Source of the DNA: a virus | Length of the DNA stretch: 64,000 bases | Strand: one strand, 5' to 3' | IMG/VR virus record: IMGVR_UViG_3300049061_000067 | Span: 9-64,008 of that record | In this document: positions 1 to 9,734 of the stretch, piece by piece | Layout of the letters: each line of letters begins with the position of its first letter | How positions within the stretch are numbered: position 1 is the stretch's first letter | Position numbers and translations under genes: made by a program | Notes under the pieces: generated by a model | Databases searched by the model: none | What the model was told of the DNA's origin: nothing | Seen by the model: the letters and a program-made list of their open reading frames with translations, nothing else

Positions 1-2016
1 TAGCGCCTGAATGCGGTTGCTCAAGTCACGCTGTTCCTCTAAGGTCAGGAAGCCAATGCGCTTCTGTTCTTCCAGTCCTTCGCGGCGTGCGTCAATCTTG
101 GCCCGCTCCAGTGCTTCGATAACCGTCAGTCCCTCAGACTCGACTAGCCCTTGCCGATCAATTGCTGCTTCAATCTCCTTGATTTGTCGGTCAAACTCAC
201 CGATCAACAGGTCGGTTTCGTTAGCTCGCTGGTTACGTATTGCATCGGCACGCTCCTTGGCAGCCTTGGCGCGAATAGCTGCCGCTGTAACTTCAAACTG
301 GTTCTCCTTGTCAAGCCGATCCTGCTGGAGTTTTTGTACTTCCTCGGTGGCCTTGCGCAGGTTGTCTTCGTATTGAGTATCGGCTTGGTTGAGTCCTTTA
401 ATCTCCGTCTCTCGCTGTTTTAGCCGCGCATCGATTTGAGCCAACTCGGCGTCAAGGATGCGCTTGTTATCCGCAATAACCTGTTGTGCTTGTTTCTCGC
501 GGTTGATGCGGCCCTGCTGAAACAGGGAATCAAGTGCCTGATTGCTACGAGTCGCGGCACGCTTAGCTGCCGCCACTGCCGCGTCCGCCAGTTGCGTCGC
601 CTCAGCCTCTACCTGCTCGGTGGTCTTTGCCCCCGGTAACGGCACCCTCAAGTCAGGCACCGTCAAGGCAGGAATGTTCTTGCGTTCCTCTAGTTCCTTG
701 AGTTGATCATTAAGTCCCTTGAAGTCGCCTGTAAGCGCTTGAACTGTGATTGAGAGTCCAAGGAAAAAGCTTTCCAACGAGCGGCCCGTAGCGCCCGCAA
801 TAGTGGTCGCAATGTTGATGAATGGCCTAGCTGCCGTGACGACTCTGCCAAAACTGCGAATGACCTCAGTGAGCGATGGAATTAATTCACGCACCAGCGC
901 AGCGCTGGCGGCACGTAGCTGAAAGTCAAGAATCGCTAGCTCGTCATTAAACCTGTCCGCTGCTCGCGCATCTTCTTCGCTGATAAGAATGCCGAGTCCA
1001 CGAAAGCGCTTAATTGCTCCGTCCAGATCGCCGTTAGTCTCTTTCAGGATGGCGAGGATTTGCTTGCCGCCACGAGCACCAAACAATTCAGCCGCTGCGT
1101 TGGTTTGCGTAAACCCTTCCGGCATGGCAGCCAGCGCGGTGAATGCTTGGCGCAGCGCTGATTCAGTGTCGTTGGTTTCAATGCGATATTTGCGCAACAA
1201 GTCAGCCGACTTACTGGTGAGGTCGCGCCCGTCTTCCAGTTTGCGCTGAAACAGGACCAGCGCCTGCGTCATGGTGCCAAGACTGCCGCCCGTAGTCTTA
1301 GCAAGGATCTCGAAGGCCGAAAGCGTCTTAACCCCAACGCCTGTTTGCTGCGACAGGTCCACCATCGCGCCCTGAAATTCAGCCGTGCGCTTAGAAAGGC
1401 CGAAAAGCTCGCGTGCTGCCAGCGCTGCTCCCGTAGCCAGTGCGGTGATAGCCACAACGGCAACGCCAACGGGTAACGCAATGCCACCAGCCGCTACGCC
1501 CGCGCCTTCCGTTGCCACCGCCAGTGACGCCATCTCAGTAGCGGCCTTTTCCGTAGCAGGAATAATCTTGGCGTTATTAGCCAGTACTTCAGCGCCAAAG
1601 AACTTGATTGCGGCAGCGTCCCGATTAGCCTGCCCCTCAATCTTGACAAACTGAGTAAGGAAGGAGGTCAGTTGCGGAATTGATTTACCTGTCGTAGACG
1701 CCAGTCCTGAGATTGAGTCAGCAACCTTCCTAAGCGTCGCTTCCTGCTTGTTGGTTTCTCTATTTAACCCGCTGATATTCTCAGTAACACGCAGGAACGC
1801 ACCACCAACTAAGGGAAGCCGCTGACTTACAAACACATTAAGATTGTCACCTAACTGGCTAAAAACTTTGTTGCTAGCCGAAACTGTTTGGGTGAGTTCA
1901 GGACCAAAGGAGTGGCGCAGTTGCGCTACCGCCGCACGGGTCTCCGCAACCGCCGCTTTACCACCGGAAGAATCACCGCGAATTCGTAGTAGCAGTGAGT
2001 TTTCGTTAGCCGCCAT
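1..2016 (-). CDS. Tail tape measure protein, 5' part; the ORF continues past the window start
   Basis: Minus-strand ORF from ATG at 2016 with no stop before position 1. Long alanine- and coiled-coil-rich protein immediately downstream of the tail chaperone pair. The ORF track misses it because it is incomplete. Confidence 0.6.
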   Translation of the reverse strand, partial: MAANENSLLLRIRGDSSGGKAAVAETRAAVAQLRHSFGPELTQTVSASNKVFSQLGDNLNVFVSQRLPLVGGAFLRVTENISGLNRETNKQEATLRKVADSISGLASTTGKSIPQLTSFLTQFVKIEGQANRDAAAIKFFGAEVLANNAKIIPATEKAATEMASLAVATEGAGVAAGGIALPVGVAVVAITALATGAALAARELFGLSKRTAEFQGAMVDLSQQTGVGVKTLSAFEILAKTTGGSLGTMTQALVLFQRKLEDGRDLTSKSADLLRKYRIETNDTESALRQAFTALAAMPEGFTQTNAAAELFGARGGKQILAILKETNGDLDGAIKRFRGLGILISEEDARAADRFNDELAILDFQLRAASAALVRELIPSLTEVIRSFGRVVTAARPFINIATTIAGATGRSLESFFLGLSITVQALTGDFKGLNDQLKELEERKNIPALTVPDLRVPLPGAKTTEQVEAEATQLADAAVAAAKRAATRSNQALDSLFQQGRINREKQAQQVIADNKRILDAELAQIDARLKQRETEIKGLNQADTQYEDNLRKATEEVQKLQQDRLDKENQFEVTAAAIRAKAAKERADAIRNQRANETDLLIGEFDRQIKEIEAAIDRQGLVESEGLTVIEALERAKIDARREGLEEQKRIGFLTLEEQRDLSNRIQAL

Positions 2017-2066
2017 AAACTACAAAAGCCCGACTCAATTAAGAATCGGGCCTGCGTGAAGCCGCT

Positions 2067-2288
2067 TTAGAACGTCCAGCCGTCAGTAGGTGGGCGGGAC
2101 TGTCGATACATTTCAAAGGCGATCATTCGCAGATGATCGATGGTTAATGCGTTATGGTGAATCTTACTGCCATGCTTATTTTGAAACCTCGCCTGCCCTT
2201 CAACGATTTCCAGGAATGGTTTCTGACAATGGTTGCAAATCAATACTGAGCACGTTTCGCGTTGTTCAATAATCAGCCGATGGGCCAT
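2067..2288 (-). CDS. Small hypothetical protein with a CxxC...CxxC motif (73 aa)
   Basis: ORF track. Lies between the chaperone pair and the tape measure gene. Confidence 0.3.
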   Translation of the reverse strand: MAHRLIIEQRETCSVLICNHCQKPFLEIVEGQARFQNKHGSKIHHNALTIDHLRMIAFEMYRQSRPPTDGWTF

Positions 2289-2542
2289 TAAAAACTTTGC
2301 TCGCTGAATTTCTTTGTTTCAGGTTTAGGCGCAGTCCCTGAAATTCCGCCCGTTGCTAATGCGAGTAGTTGGGTTGCCAACCTGTCGTTTTCACGCTCCT
2401 GCTGGAATTTATCCCAGGCAATTGCGCATTCCATGTTGAGAGCCTGTGCTATTGCCTCATCAGCTATTCCCAGTTCATCCGCCGGGCTCCTATTGGACAG
2501 TTTCGCTGTCGCCACGAGTATCAACGTCTGATTCTCGTCCAT
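2288..2542 (-). CDS. Putative tail assembly chaperone, second ORF (gpT-like)
   Basis: Overlaps the 3' end of the upstream chaperone ORF in another frame. The position between major tail and tape measure genes is typical of the G/GT chaperone pair. Confidence 0.35.
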   Translation of the reverse strand: MDENQTLILVATAKLSNRSPADELGIADEAIAQALNMECAIAWDKFQQERENDRLATQLLALATGGISGTAPKPETKKFSEQSF

Positions 2543-2960
2543 CAGGAAAGTTACTGACGGCCTCCACGGTCGTCTCGCCCTCCTTCAACTTAACAGGCAG
2601 CGTTGGGCCGCCATTCATGGCCCAAGTGTGGATATACCAGAAGTCATTAAGCGGCACATCATCAGGGCTAAGCTGGCCCTCTCTAGGGTTGAGATACAGC
2701 GGCGGATTAACTACCACGTCTGCCAGCACCACACGCGCAAAGGCCATGAGTTGCTCAAGTTCCTTGTCAGGCAATTGCTCAATCGCGGCTAACTGCTCAT
2801 CGGGCGTGGCCTTGCCATTCTTGCCGCTTACTTTTTGCAGCACCCGAGCAAACTTTCCCGCCTTAACAGCAAGGTCCGGACCAGTGCGTCGCACTATAAC
2901 CTCGTTGCCTGACGGGCAGGATAGCAACGTGGTCTGTCGCTTTTGCCATTGGTTGTTCAT
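2490..2960 (-). CDS. Putative tail assembly chaperone (gpG-like)
   Basis: Position between major tail protein and tape measure gene. Acidic 156-aa protein. Confidence 0.4.
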   Translation of the reverse strand: MNNQWQKRQTTLLSCPSGNEVIVRRTGPDLAVKAGKFARVLQKVSGKNGKATPDEQLAAIEQLPDKELEQLMAFARVVLADVVVNPPLYLNPREGQLSPDDVPLNDFWYIHTWAMNGGPTLPVKLKEGETTVEAVSNFPDGRESDVDTRGDSETVQ

Positions 2961-3620
2961 TTACGACTGTGCTCCGGCGTTCTGAGTAAAGAAACGTCCG
3001 ACCCGATCAGCCGCCGCACGCGTAGACACTGCCAATCCACGAAACGCCACCGGCGACTTGCTGATGTCTTTGCTGGTGATATTGCCTGCCAGTCCTGCAT
3101 CGTTGAATGCCTTGTACAGATGCACGACGCCAAAGCGTGTGGGATCATCCTCAAACGGCCAGATCAGAGCAATCGACGTGTACTGTGGCTCAGCGTTGCC
3201 AATAGTGACACCTTGCGAGCCCATGACGTCGCTGCGGGTCAGTGTGGGATTCAGCACTTCCGCCAAGTCCATGTCCATGACTTGAAGCAGCGAGCCTGAG
3301 ACTAGCGCCTCCTGCGCTGTGACGCGTGAGATAATTGGATCAGGAGATTCATCGGCGCTGAAGTTGGTGAAGGTAGGCTTGACTGAAAAGGTCCAGCCTG
3401 CATCGGTCCAGCCGACATGGCGAGCGTTGGGGTTCTGTGCGGAGTCCGGTGAGCCGTCAGTGTAAAGAATTAGACGGACGTCGGCAGCGCCGTCCCAAGC
3501 ACCTGAGCCACCACCAAGGTCAATGTACAACTTGCCCGGTCCAATGCCTACGTCTAACGTGTTGAAATTGTCAGCTGTGCCTGCCAAGGTATCACCTCCT
3601 AAAAAGCAAAAAGCCGCCAC
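2961..3620 (-). CDS. Putative major tail protein
   Basis: 219-aa ORF immediately upstream of the chaperone/tape-measure block. Synteny only. Confidence 0.45.
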   Translation of the reverse strand: MAAFCFLGGDTLAGTADNFNTLDVGIGPGKLYIDLGGGSGAWDGAADVRLILYTDGSPDSAQNPNARHVGWTDAGWTFSVKPTFTNFSADESPDPIISRVTAQEALVSGSLLQVMDMDLAEVLNPTLTRSDVMGSQGVTIGNAEPQYTSIALIWPFEDDPTRFGVVHLYKAFNDAGLAGNITSKDISKSPVAFRGLAVSTRAAADRVGRFFTQNAGAQS

Positions 3621-3693
3621 TTCCCAGTTAAAGGAAGGGCAGCCAGGTAAACGTCAAATTGCGTTTCTTAGACCGCTAGATAGTTGTCAACGC

Positions 3694-4215
3694 TCACTGT
3701 TCGCTGAACGTCAGCGTAACTTGCATCAGGGCGTCGCGGTAGTAAATAGACTCCCGCTCCCTGATTGAACCGTAAACGTGCTCCGACTCCAAAACAATGC
3801 CGAAGATTATAGCAGACATGTTGCGTTTCCAATCGGCTTTTTTTGCCGAGCGTAATACGGCGTCCAGTGTGCCCATATAACGCATGATCTTGGTGGTGAC
3901 GTTTGCGGCTGAGTCGGCGGTTACGCCAACGTAAATATCGAACCTCACTGCCTGTTTAAGACGATCGCGGGCGTCGGACTCGGACGCAGCGTTGCGGTTC
4001 GGGCCAATTGCCAGCGTCGGAAACACTAACTTCTGAATCTGCCCTAGCGAATGCTCCTGAAAGTCTTCAAGGTACTGCGGGTCATCAGGCGAGAGTGCTG
4101 CCTCAATCGTGTAGAACGTATCCAGCGCCTCTTTGAAGTCGCGAGTGATGATGAAGAGGGCATTGTCGATAATCCCCTCTTCCTGTACCGCGAAGTAGCG
4201 AGGCGTCCATGCCAT
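3694..4215 (-). CDS. Putative tail terminator or neck protein
   Basis: Synteny between the virion morphogenesis gene and the major tail gene. Confidence 0.3.
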   Translation of the reverse strand: MAWTPRYFAVQEEGIIDNALFIITRDFKEALDTFYTIEAALSPDDPQYLEDFQEHSLGQIQKLVFPTLAIGPNRNAASESDARDRLKQAVRFDIYVGVTADSAANVTTKIMRYMGTLDAVLRSAKKADWKRNMSAIIFGIVLESEHVYGSIRERESIYYRDALMQVTLTFSEQ

Positions 4216-4731
4216 TTACGCCGCCTTCTCCTCCGTCGCAAACCCACTAGCGCGAGTAAACTCAACCAGCCGTTGCTGAATACTCTTGACCAATCGCCGC
4301 TTGCTTTCTTCATTCAGCGAGATGATCGGACGTGTCTTCTGGTGAATTGGCGCGTAAGGTAGTGCTGAGCCAATTGCCAGTTCATCGCGTTCAGGGCGCA
4401 CAATGGAATCCAGTGCGTCAGGCCCGGTCATTGATTCGTATAGCGCATCCTCGCGTCGCAGTATGGTCTTGCCGGGAAACTCGCGCTCCTTGAATAGCTT
4501 GTACGCCGGACTCAGCGGCGTCCACTTGCCTGACGCGCCGCTTGCTCCCTCAGTGTGAAACTGCTGCGTCTCAATGTCATAAAAGGTAGCAATCACTCCC
4601 GGCCAAAAGTTGCGGAAGTCGCTGATTTCCTGATCCACGCGATTGAGGGCGCGGTCAAGCACCTCTACGCCCTGAATGCTGGCAGTGAAGCGAATCATGT
4701 AAACGCTGGTCCTGCCACTTTCGCCCGCCAC
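4216..4731 (-). CDS. Phage virion morphogenesis / tail completion protein (Mu G / P2 S-like)
   Basis: Motif ...GKWTPLSPAYKLFKEREFPGKTILRREDALYESMTG... resembles the conserved core of the Phage_tail_S family. Confidence 0.45.
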   Translation of the reverse strand: MAGESGRTSVYMIRFTASIQGVEVLDRALNRVDQEISDFRNFWPGVIATFYDIETQQFHTEGASGASGKWTPLSPAYKLFKEREFPGKTILRREDALYESMTGPDALDSIVRPERDELAIGSALPYAPIHQKTRPIISLNEESKRRLVKSIQQRLVEFTRASGFATEEKAA

Positions 4732-5591
4732 TTGCGTGCGACGGCTTTGACGCGTGGTGGAATGGCTTCACGTAATGGTTGACCTTCCAGACCTACCAGT
4801 TTAACCGATGCGGGGTCAGTTTCACGCCACAGGTTCAGCACCCACTCGATTACCGCTGCTTTGACGTCTGCCGGAGTCTCACACCAGCCCCAAATTGCCG
4901 AAATAGTGATCGGCACGCCTATCCACCAGCCCGGCCATGACGAGTAGTTGTAGAAATTGCTGAATGGAGCCAGCATGCCATTGCTGGACGTCAGCACCAG
5001 ATAGCCATCCTGCTCGGCAAAGGTGGGCACCGTGTAGCCCTCTGGCAATGTAAGCGCTGTGTCAAGTGAGCCTGCAACATACGGCGGCAAGTGTAAGTAG
5101 TTTGTGCCGTCGCTATAGAAGGTGCGTGTTGTAGCAATAGGTATCGGCGCGGGGTTAAAGTAACCTTCGGGCACTCCGCACTCAAGGTCAAACATGCGAC
5201 TGGCTTGCTCGATGAGTGCGTCCAACTCGGCAGGCGTAAATACTGTGACGGTTGCTGAGCCACCTGAGCCCGCTCCGCCCTGCGCTCGGCGTCGCACTTC
5301 AGTTGATGAGCAATAGGCAACGGAACGCTGAATACGAATCAGGATTGAGCGATTTTCCGTCTGCGTGTTGCTGGCGTCATCAACCGCGACAATCGTGTTG
5401 ACTAACTCATAAACTTCGCCCCACGTTCCGCCACTCAGCTTTACCTGCGTCGCGGTATCCGTGAACGCATCCGCTACAATGGTGATTCCCGCTGGACCGA
5501 CCCACGAAGACGATTGAATGGTGAGACCACCTAACCAGTCGACCCAGCCGATTTCAAAATCAAGTGTTTCAGTCGGTTCTTTAGTGAACAC
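4695..5591 (-). CDS. Head-tail connector (gp6-like C-terminal half) with an extra N-terminal domain
   Basis: C-terminal half (FTPAELDALIEQASRMFDLECG...IEWVLNLWRE) resembles gp6-type head-tail connectors. About 100 extra N-terminal residues. Confidence 0.4.
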   Translation of the reverse strand: MFTKEPTETLDFEIGWVDWLGGLTIQSSSWVGPAGITIVADAFTDTATQVKLSGGTWGEVYELVNTIVAVDDASNTQTENRSILIRIQRSVAYCSSTEVRRRAQGGAGSGGSATVTVFTPAELDALIEQASRMFDLECGVPEGYFNPAPIPIATTRTFYSDGTNYLHLPPYVAGSLDTALTLPEGYTVPTFAEQDGYLVLTSSNGMLAPFSNFYNYSSWPGWWIGVPITISAIWGWCETPADVKAAVIEWVLNLWRETDPASVKLVGLEGQPLREAIPPRVKAVARKWRAKVAGPAFT

Positions 5592-7211
5592 TTAGAGAAC
5601 CTCCGATTGAATTTCAGAGTCTATTTCTCTGATACGTATTTCGCTACCAGCTTTTGACCTACGCGATTCGGCGCCTATGACCAATGTTTGCCTCGGTGTA
5701 AAAGTGGCTGTCTGAATTATAGTACCAGAAGTTGCTATCACTACAGTGCAATTCGTTAGAGATAAGCGTTCGTGTGGCGGTGCTAAAGCCAGACCAGACA
5801 ATTCAATAGATCCCTCGGCAATGAATAAACCGCCCGCTTCGGAGATTGAAAGGAAGTCACTGGATGAAGCGATATCGCAACCCGCGCTCAGCGATGCTGC
5901 TCGTAGCAGTTCTTGATGTCCAGCCGAGTCAATGCTGGTGGTAACGGAGACAGTGATCGACATTTCAACCGTAGTAAAGAAGACGGCTGAAACCGCAATA
6001 CCAGAAGTCGAATCAATTCCCGTAGCGCGTTCAAGAATAGCCAGTCCGCCAGAGGCAATCTCGCCTGTTGTAGTAATAGACGCCGAACGCTCGATATCCC
6101 CTGCGCCTGCCTGAACTTGACCGGCACTTTCGATCACCGCATTGATGCTAGTCGTTGATGTACTTTGTATGATTGAGAAGAAGATTCCGACTGCCCCGAT
6201 ACTCCCGATGACCTCTGTGAGGGACCCACGTTCAAGAACAGATACGAATTCGCTTGATACAGTGAGATCACTGACTCCGTCAATAAGTACGCTTGCTGTA
6301 AATAAAGAGAACGACTCACCAGCCGCAGCAATGGTCATATTAGCGGTAATCCCCGCAGCCCCATTGAGCACGGAGAAAAAGGTTGACGTGCCAGTAATGC
6401 CGACAGACGCATTAAATTCCGCTGATCTTTGGAGTGCCCGCTGGCCCGAAGTTGATACAACGCCAGCACCGTCTACCAACGCCGTTCTCTCGAACACGGA
6501 AAGGAATGTAGCCGCAGAAGCGATTGCTCCCGCCCCGCCGATCAATGCTGACCCGGCAAGTAGGGCACTCCCATCCAACTCCATTGCGTGAGAGCAAAAG
6601 ACAGTGCTTGAAGCTGCGCCAAAAGTGATTGTCGTTCCGGTGAATCCTGAAGCCCGAGAAGCGGACTCCAATGCCACCGTGTCGTTAGATTGGCTGGTAT
6701 CTAAAACCTCCGTCCAGTTCGTCGGTGCGGTCGTTGTGGTGTCGGCGCTGCCTTGGACAACGAGTGTACCGTTACCAGTAAGGGCTGATTGATTAAGAGC
6801 GGGAGCCGCAGTGGCTGCTGCTTGGTTATTTTGGGAGCCCTTGCTGCGAACCGCATTAGCACCTGTTCTGCTAATTCCAGTGATCGGAATCACGTGAATC
6901 GTGCCGCTGCTGTTACTGCCTGTTGCAACGGTTATGACTGTCGATGTTGTATTAACCATCAACGCAGTTCGGATAAACACCGACATGCGATAGTTCACCG
7001 ACGAGATGGTGAAGTTCATCACATCAATGAGATCGTAAGTTCCGCTACCGTTGTTATCTGAACAAGTTGGGGTATCGTTGGTATTCGCCGCGACGCAGCA
7101 ATAGACAACCACTAAGTCACCCACTGCGGGGGTGAAAGTAGCCGTGCGGTTTCCAGTTCCCGAAGAAGCACCGCCCGACGCTACGCCTGCCGTACGAACC
7201 GCGAAGGCCAT
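5592..7211 (-). CDS. Large virion-associated repeat protein B (539 aa): N-terminal globular domain plus ~22-aa tandem repeats
   Basis: ORF track. Periodic F(F/L)SVxER...G...S repeats through the C-terminal two thirds. Paralogue of 7212-9362. Confidence 0.6.
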   Translation of the reverse strand: MAFAVRTAGVASGGASSGTGNRTATFTPAVGDLVVVYCCVAANTNDTPTCSDNNGSGTYDLIDVMNFTISSVNYRMSVFIRTALMVNTTSTVITVATGSNSSGTIHVIPITGISRTGANAVRSKGSQNNQAAATAAPALNQSALTGNGTLVVQGSADTTTTAPTNWTEVLDTSQSNDTVALESASRASGFTGTTITFGAASSTVFCSHAMELDGSALLAGSALIGGAGAIASAATFLSVFERTALVDGAGVVSTSGQRALQRSAEFNASVGITGTSTFFSVLNGAAGITANMTIAAAGESFSLFTASVLIDGVSDLTVSSEFVSVLERGSLTEVIGSIGAVGIFFSIIQSTSTTSINAVIESAGQVQAGAGDIERSASITTTGEIASGGLAILERATGIDSTSGIAVSAVFFTTVEMSITVSVTTSIDSAGHQELLRAASLSAGCDIASSSDFLSISEAGGLFIAEGSIELSGLALAPPHERLSLTNCTVVIATSGTIIQTATFTPRQTLVIGAESRRSKAGSEIRIREIDSEIQSEVL

Positions 7212-9362
7212 CTAAAGCGTTCTGTTCTCCTTTCCAATGGGTTGAACACGATATTCCGCATTAACTGTTGCGCGTCGCGTTGGGTGAAAGCCAACTGTCG
7301 GAACACCACCTGAACTCGTTATGGTCGCCGTGCAGTTGAATGACACCAGCCGGATATTATCCCTTTGCCCAATAGTTGAGACATCAGATTGCGCGGCAAC
7401 GGTTCCTGCGCCTTCAAGAACTGAGAAGAATGACGATGAGGCGGAAATGGCCCCGCTTGTAACAACCAATACAGCCCGTTCATGGGTTGCGCTCCCTGGC
7501 TGAATTTCGCCAGTACTTGTGATCAACGCAGAGACGTTAAAATCAGCAATGGATTGAACTTGTGAAAAGAATATGGACGAGGTGTCGATCCTGCCCGCGC
7601 AATCAAGCACCACCGAACGCTCAAATACGGAAAAGAACTGCGTGGAAACGCCTACACTAGCTGTAGCATCGATCTGAACCGTAGATTCAGAAACGGAAAA
7701 GAACAGGGCCGATGACTCAATCTCGGCTGTCGCGTTGATCAATGCAGTAGATTGAAGAATTGAGAAAAACGAAGCCGCGCTCTCTACGCTTCCGGCAACG
7801 CCTAAATCTGAGGTTCGCTCCAGTACCGAGAAGGAGAGCGCGGAGGTCCCAATTACACCTGAACAATCAACCGACGCCGACCGCTCAAATGTTGCTGCGG
7901 GGCTTGAAATGGTTCCCGCAGTCGTGATGCTACCGATGGCCGAGAGAACAGTAGCGCGGGAGAGTTGTCGCACGCCTGAAGCCGTGATGGCTGCGACCGT
8001 ATCAAACGAACCAGCTAGGTTGAAGACCGAAAAGAAAACCGCAGAAGCCGTGACCGCGCCAATCCCGTCGAGTAACACTGATCGGGCATGCTCGGTAACA
8101 CTCGAGAGCCCGATAATTTCCACTAAACCCACCGCGGTGGGGCTTGCTGTCGATAGAGTAAACGAGGCTGAAGCCGTAGAGCCGGCAGCATTAAAGACCT
8201 GATCGGCGCTGGAAATACCTAATCCGTCTATACGCTCAATCCAGCCTGACGCTACGGTAAATGTGGGAACCGCATCCGCAATACAGGTTGCCTGAAAGAT
8301 ACATTTCGTAGCAGTGCGCGTGAGCGCGTCCCATGTGCTGGTGGTTGAGGACGCATTCTGGCGTACGTTAACCGCGCCGATTGGACTTGTCTGATTGCAG
8401 TTGTAGTAAGTGCAAAGTTGTACGGAGATTTCGCCTGAGCCTGTACGGTTGAACCGCACATCTAACGACCCATCATAGACCGCCATGTACTTCCTGATCG
8501 TTGTAGCTCCGCCCGAGGTCGTAGTGGACCACGTGGCTATTTCAACCCAATCTGCCGGTGTGTTCGGGCTAGGTGCGGTACCCGCCGCTTCTACCGTGGC
8601 GATTACCAGATCTTTATTGCCATTCACGTCAGTGGCGGTTGTTCCCGCTGGCAAGGTTGGGGTGACGCTAGTTCCGGTCGCTGTGGCCTGTGAGGCTGAG
8701 CGGTAGTATGGATAATCGGCTGATGGCACTGCGATGATTCCGGCAAACCACCTAACGCCACTTGTAGGCGAAGCGTCTTGATTGCTGAGCGTGGTGTTCT
8801 GATCGGCAATTACACGCTCTGCCAAGTTTCCTGCCAACGTTCCACTGATTACCACTTCTTCGTCTTGAACGTAACCGGATGGGTCAGGCGCACTTGTTGC
8901 AGAGCGGCTAAAGTAGAAATGCAGTACATGCATTTCAGGCGCTAATGTAGTAATAGTCGACGGTCGGACGGGGTTGGCCGTACCGGTAGTGAAAGCATTA
9001 GCTGACCACGCAGGAAGGGAGAATACACCCTCTTCGCTGGCACCATCTTCGGACCAAGCAAAAGCAATCCTGCTTACAGTCGCACCAAGTGTGAAGGTAG
9101 GATTAGCAAGAGGAAGAGTGTCGGTTGAGAGTACGCGGCGATAGAAAAGCGAGCCGACAACACCATTAGCTGCCGTACCGACTATGTTCTGCGTTCGCCG
9201 GGACCAGCCAGCAGGGTTGCCTAACCATGCGACGTTACCAGTGTTCCCAATGGCAATCTTAATGATGTCGCCTGCGGCGTGTGTGGGTAAGGTGACAGCA
9301 ATAGTTGTTCCAGTGCCGCCGGGGTTAGAGGGTGTTGAGTCTCGAATCGTTGCGTTAGACAC
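7212..9362 (-). CDS. Large virion-associated repeat protein A (716 aa): N-terminal ~430-aa domain plus ~22-aa FFSVxER tandem repeats
   Basis: ORF track. Repeats FFSVLERTSDLGVAGSVESAAS / FFSILQSTALINATAEIESSAL / FFSVSESTVQIDATASVGVSTQ and so on. Confidence 0.6.
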   Translation of the reverse strand: MSNATIRDSTPSNPGGTGTTIAVTLPTHAAGDIIKIAIGNTGNVAWLGNPAGWSRRTQNIVGTAANGVVGSLFYRRVLSTDTLPLANPTFTLGATVSRIAFAWSEDGASEEGVFSLPAWSANAFTTGTANPVRPSTITTLAPEMHVLHFYFSRSATSAPDPSGYVQDEEVVISGTLAGNLAERVIADQNTTLSNQDASPTSGVRWFAGIIAVPSADYPYYRSASQATATGTSVTPTLPAGTTATDVNGNKDLVIATVEAAGTAPSPNTPADWVEIATWSTTTSGGATTIRKYMAVYDGSLDVRFNRTGSGEISVQLCTYYNCNQTSPIGAVNVRQNASSTTSTWDALTRTATKCIFQATCIADAVPTFTVASGWIERIDGLGISSADQVFNAAGSTASASFTLSTASPTAVGLVEIIGLSSVTEHARSVLLDGIGAVTASAVFFSVFNLAGSFDTVAAITASGVRQLSRATVLSAIGSITTAGTISSPAATFERSASVDCSGVIGTSALSFSVLERTSDLGVAGSVESAASFFSILQSTALINATAEIESSALFFSVSESTVQIDATASVGVSTQFFSVFERSVVLDCAGRIDTSSIFFSQVQSIADFNVSALITSTGEIQPGSATHERAVLVVTSGAISASSSFFSVLEGAGTVAAQSDVSTIGQRDNIRLVSFNCTATITSSGGVPTVGFHPTRRATVNAEYRVQPIGKENRTL

Positions 9363-9368
9363 ATGCGT

Positions 9369-9734
9369 TTAGTCGCCAAGTCGCCCAACAATAGAGAAGA
9401 GCTGTCCGTCGAAGACCGTGACTCGCACAGTGATGAAGCGTGCTGTCGGGACTACTGCCTGAGCATAAATCGCGTCTCCCTGCGTGAACTGCAATTGCGG
9501 TATTTCCCCTTCATTGTTATGGGTAAAAATCCTGGTTTCCATAAAAGGGTCGCCTGTCAGTCCCTCGCTGGCCTGTCTGATAAAGACACTATAAAAACTT
9601 TCATCAGTCGATAACTCCAGTTGAGCTTCGTATTCTCCACCAGTACGCAACTGAAACGGAAAGAAGGTGTGCAAGTTGTTGGTGAGGGTTCCGCCAAAAG
9701 GAAAGACGGCATATGCTGCTGTACCGTAACTCAT
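9369..9734 (-). CDS. Hypothetical structural protein
   Basis: ORF track. Sits in the structural operon. Confidence 0.4.
   Translation of the reverse strand: MSYGTAAYAVFPFGGTLTNNLHTFFPFQLRTGGEYEAQLELSTDESFYSVFIRQASEGLTGDPFMETRIFTHNNEGEIPQLQFTQGDAIYAQAVVPTARFITVRVTVFDGQLFSIVGRLGD

Noticed and set aside
11-2059. Plus-strand ORFs (121, 90, 67, 86, 89 and 71 aa) listed across the first 2 kb
   Set aside because: They are antisense to a single long minus-strand ORF, the tape measure gene, which runs off the window. Low-complexity Ser/Arg/Ala translations typical of antisense GC-rich DNA.
2490-2542. Programmed translational frameshift joining the two tail-chaperone ORFs (G/GT-like)
   Set aside because: The overlap is in the right genomic position, but the downstream frame needs a +1 shift, not the usual -1. 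I could not find an XXXYYYZ slippery heptamer in the 53-nt overlap. The downstream ORF has its own ATG. Left as two separate ORFs.
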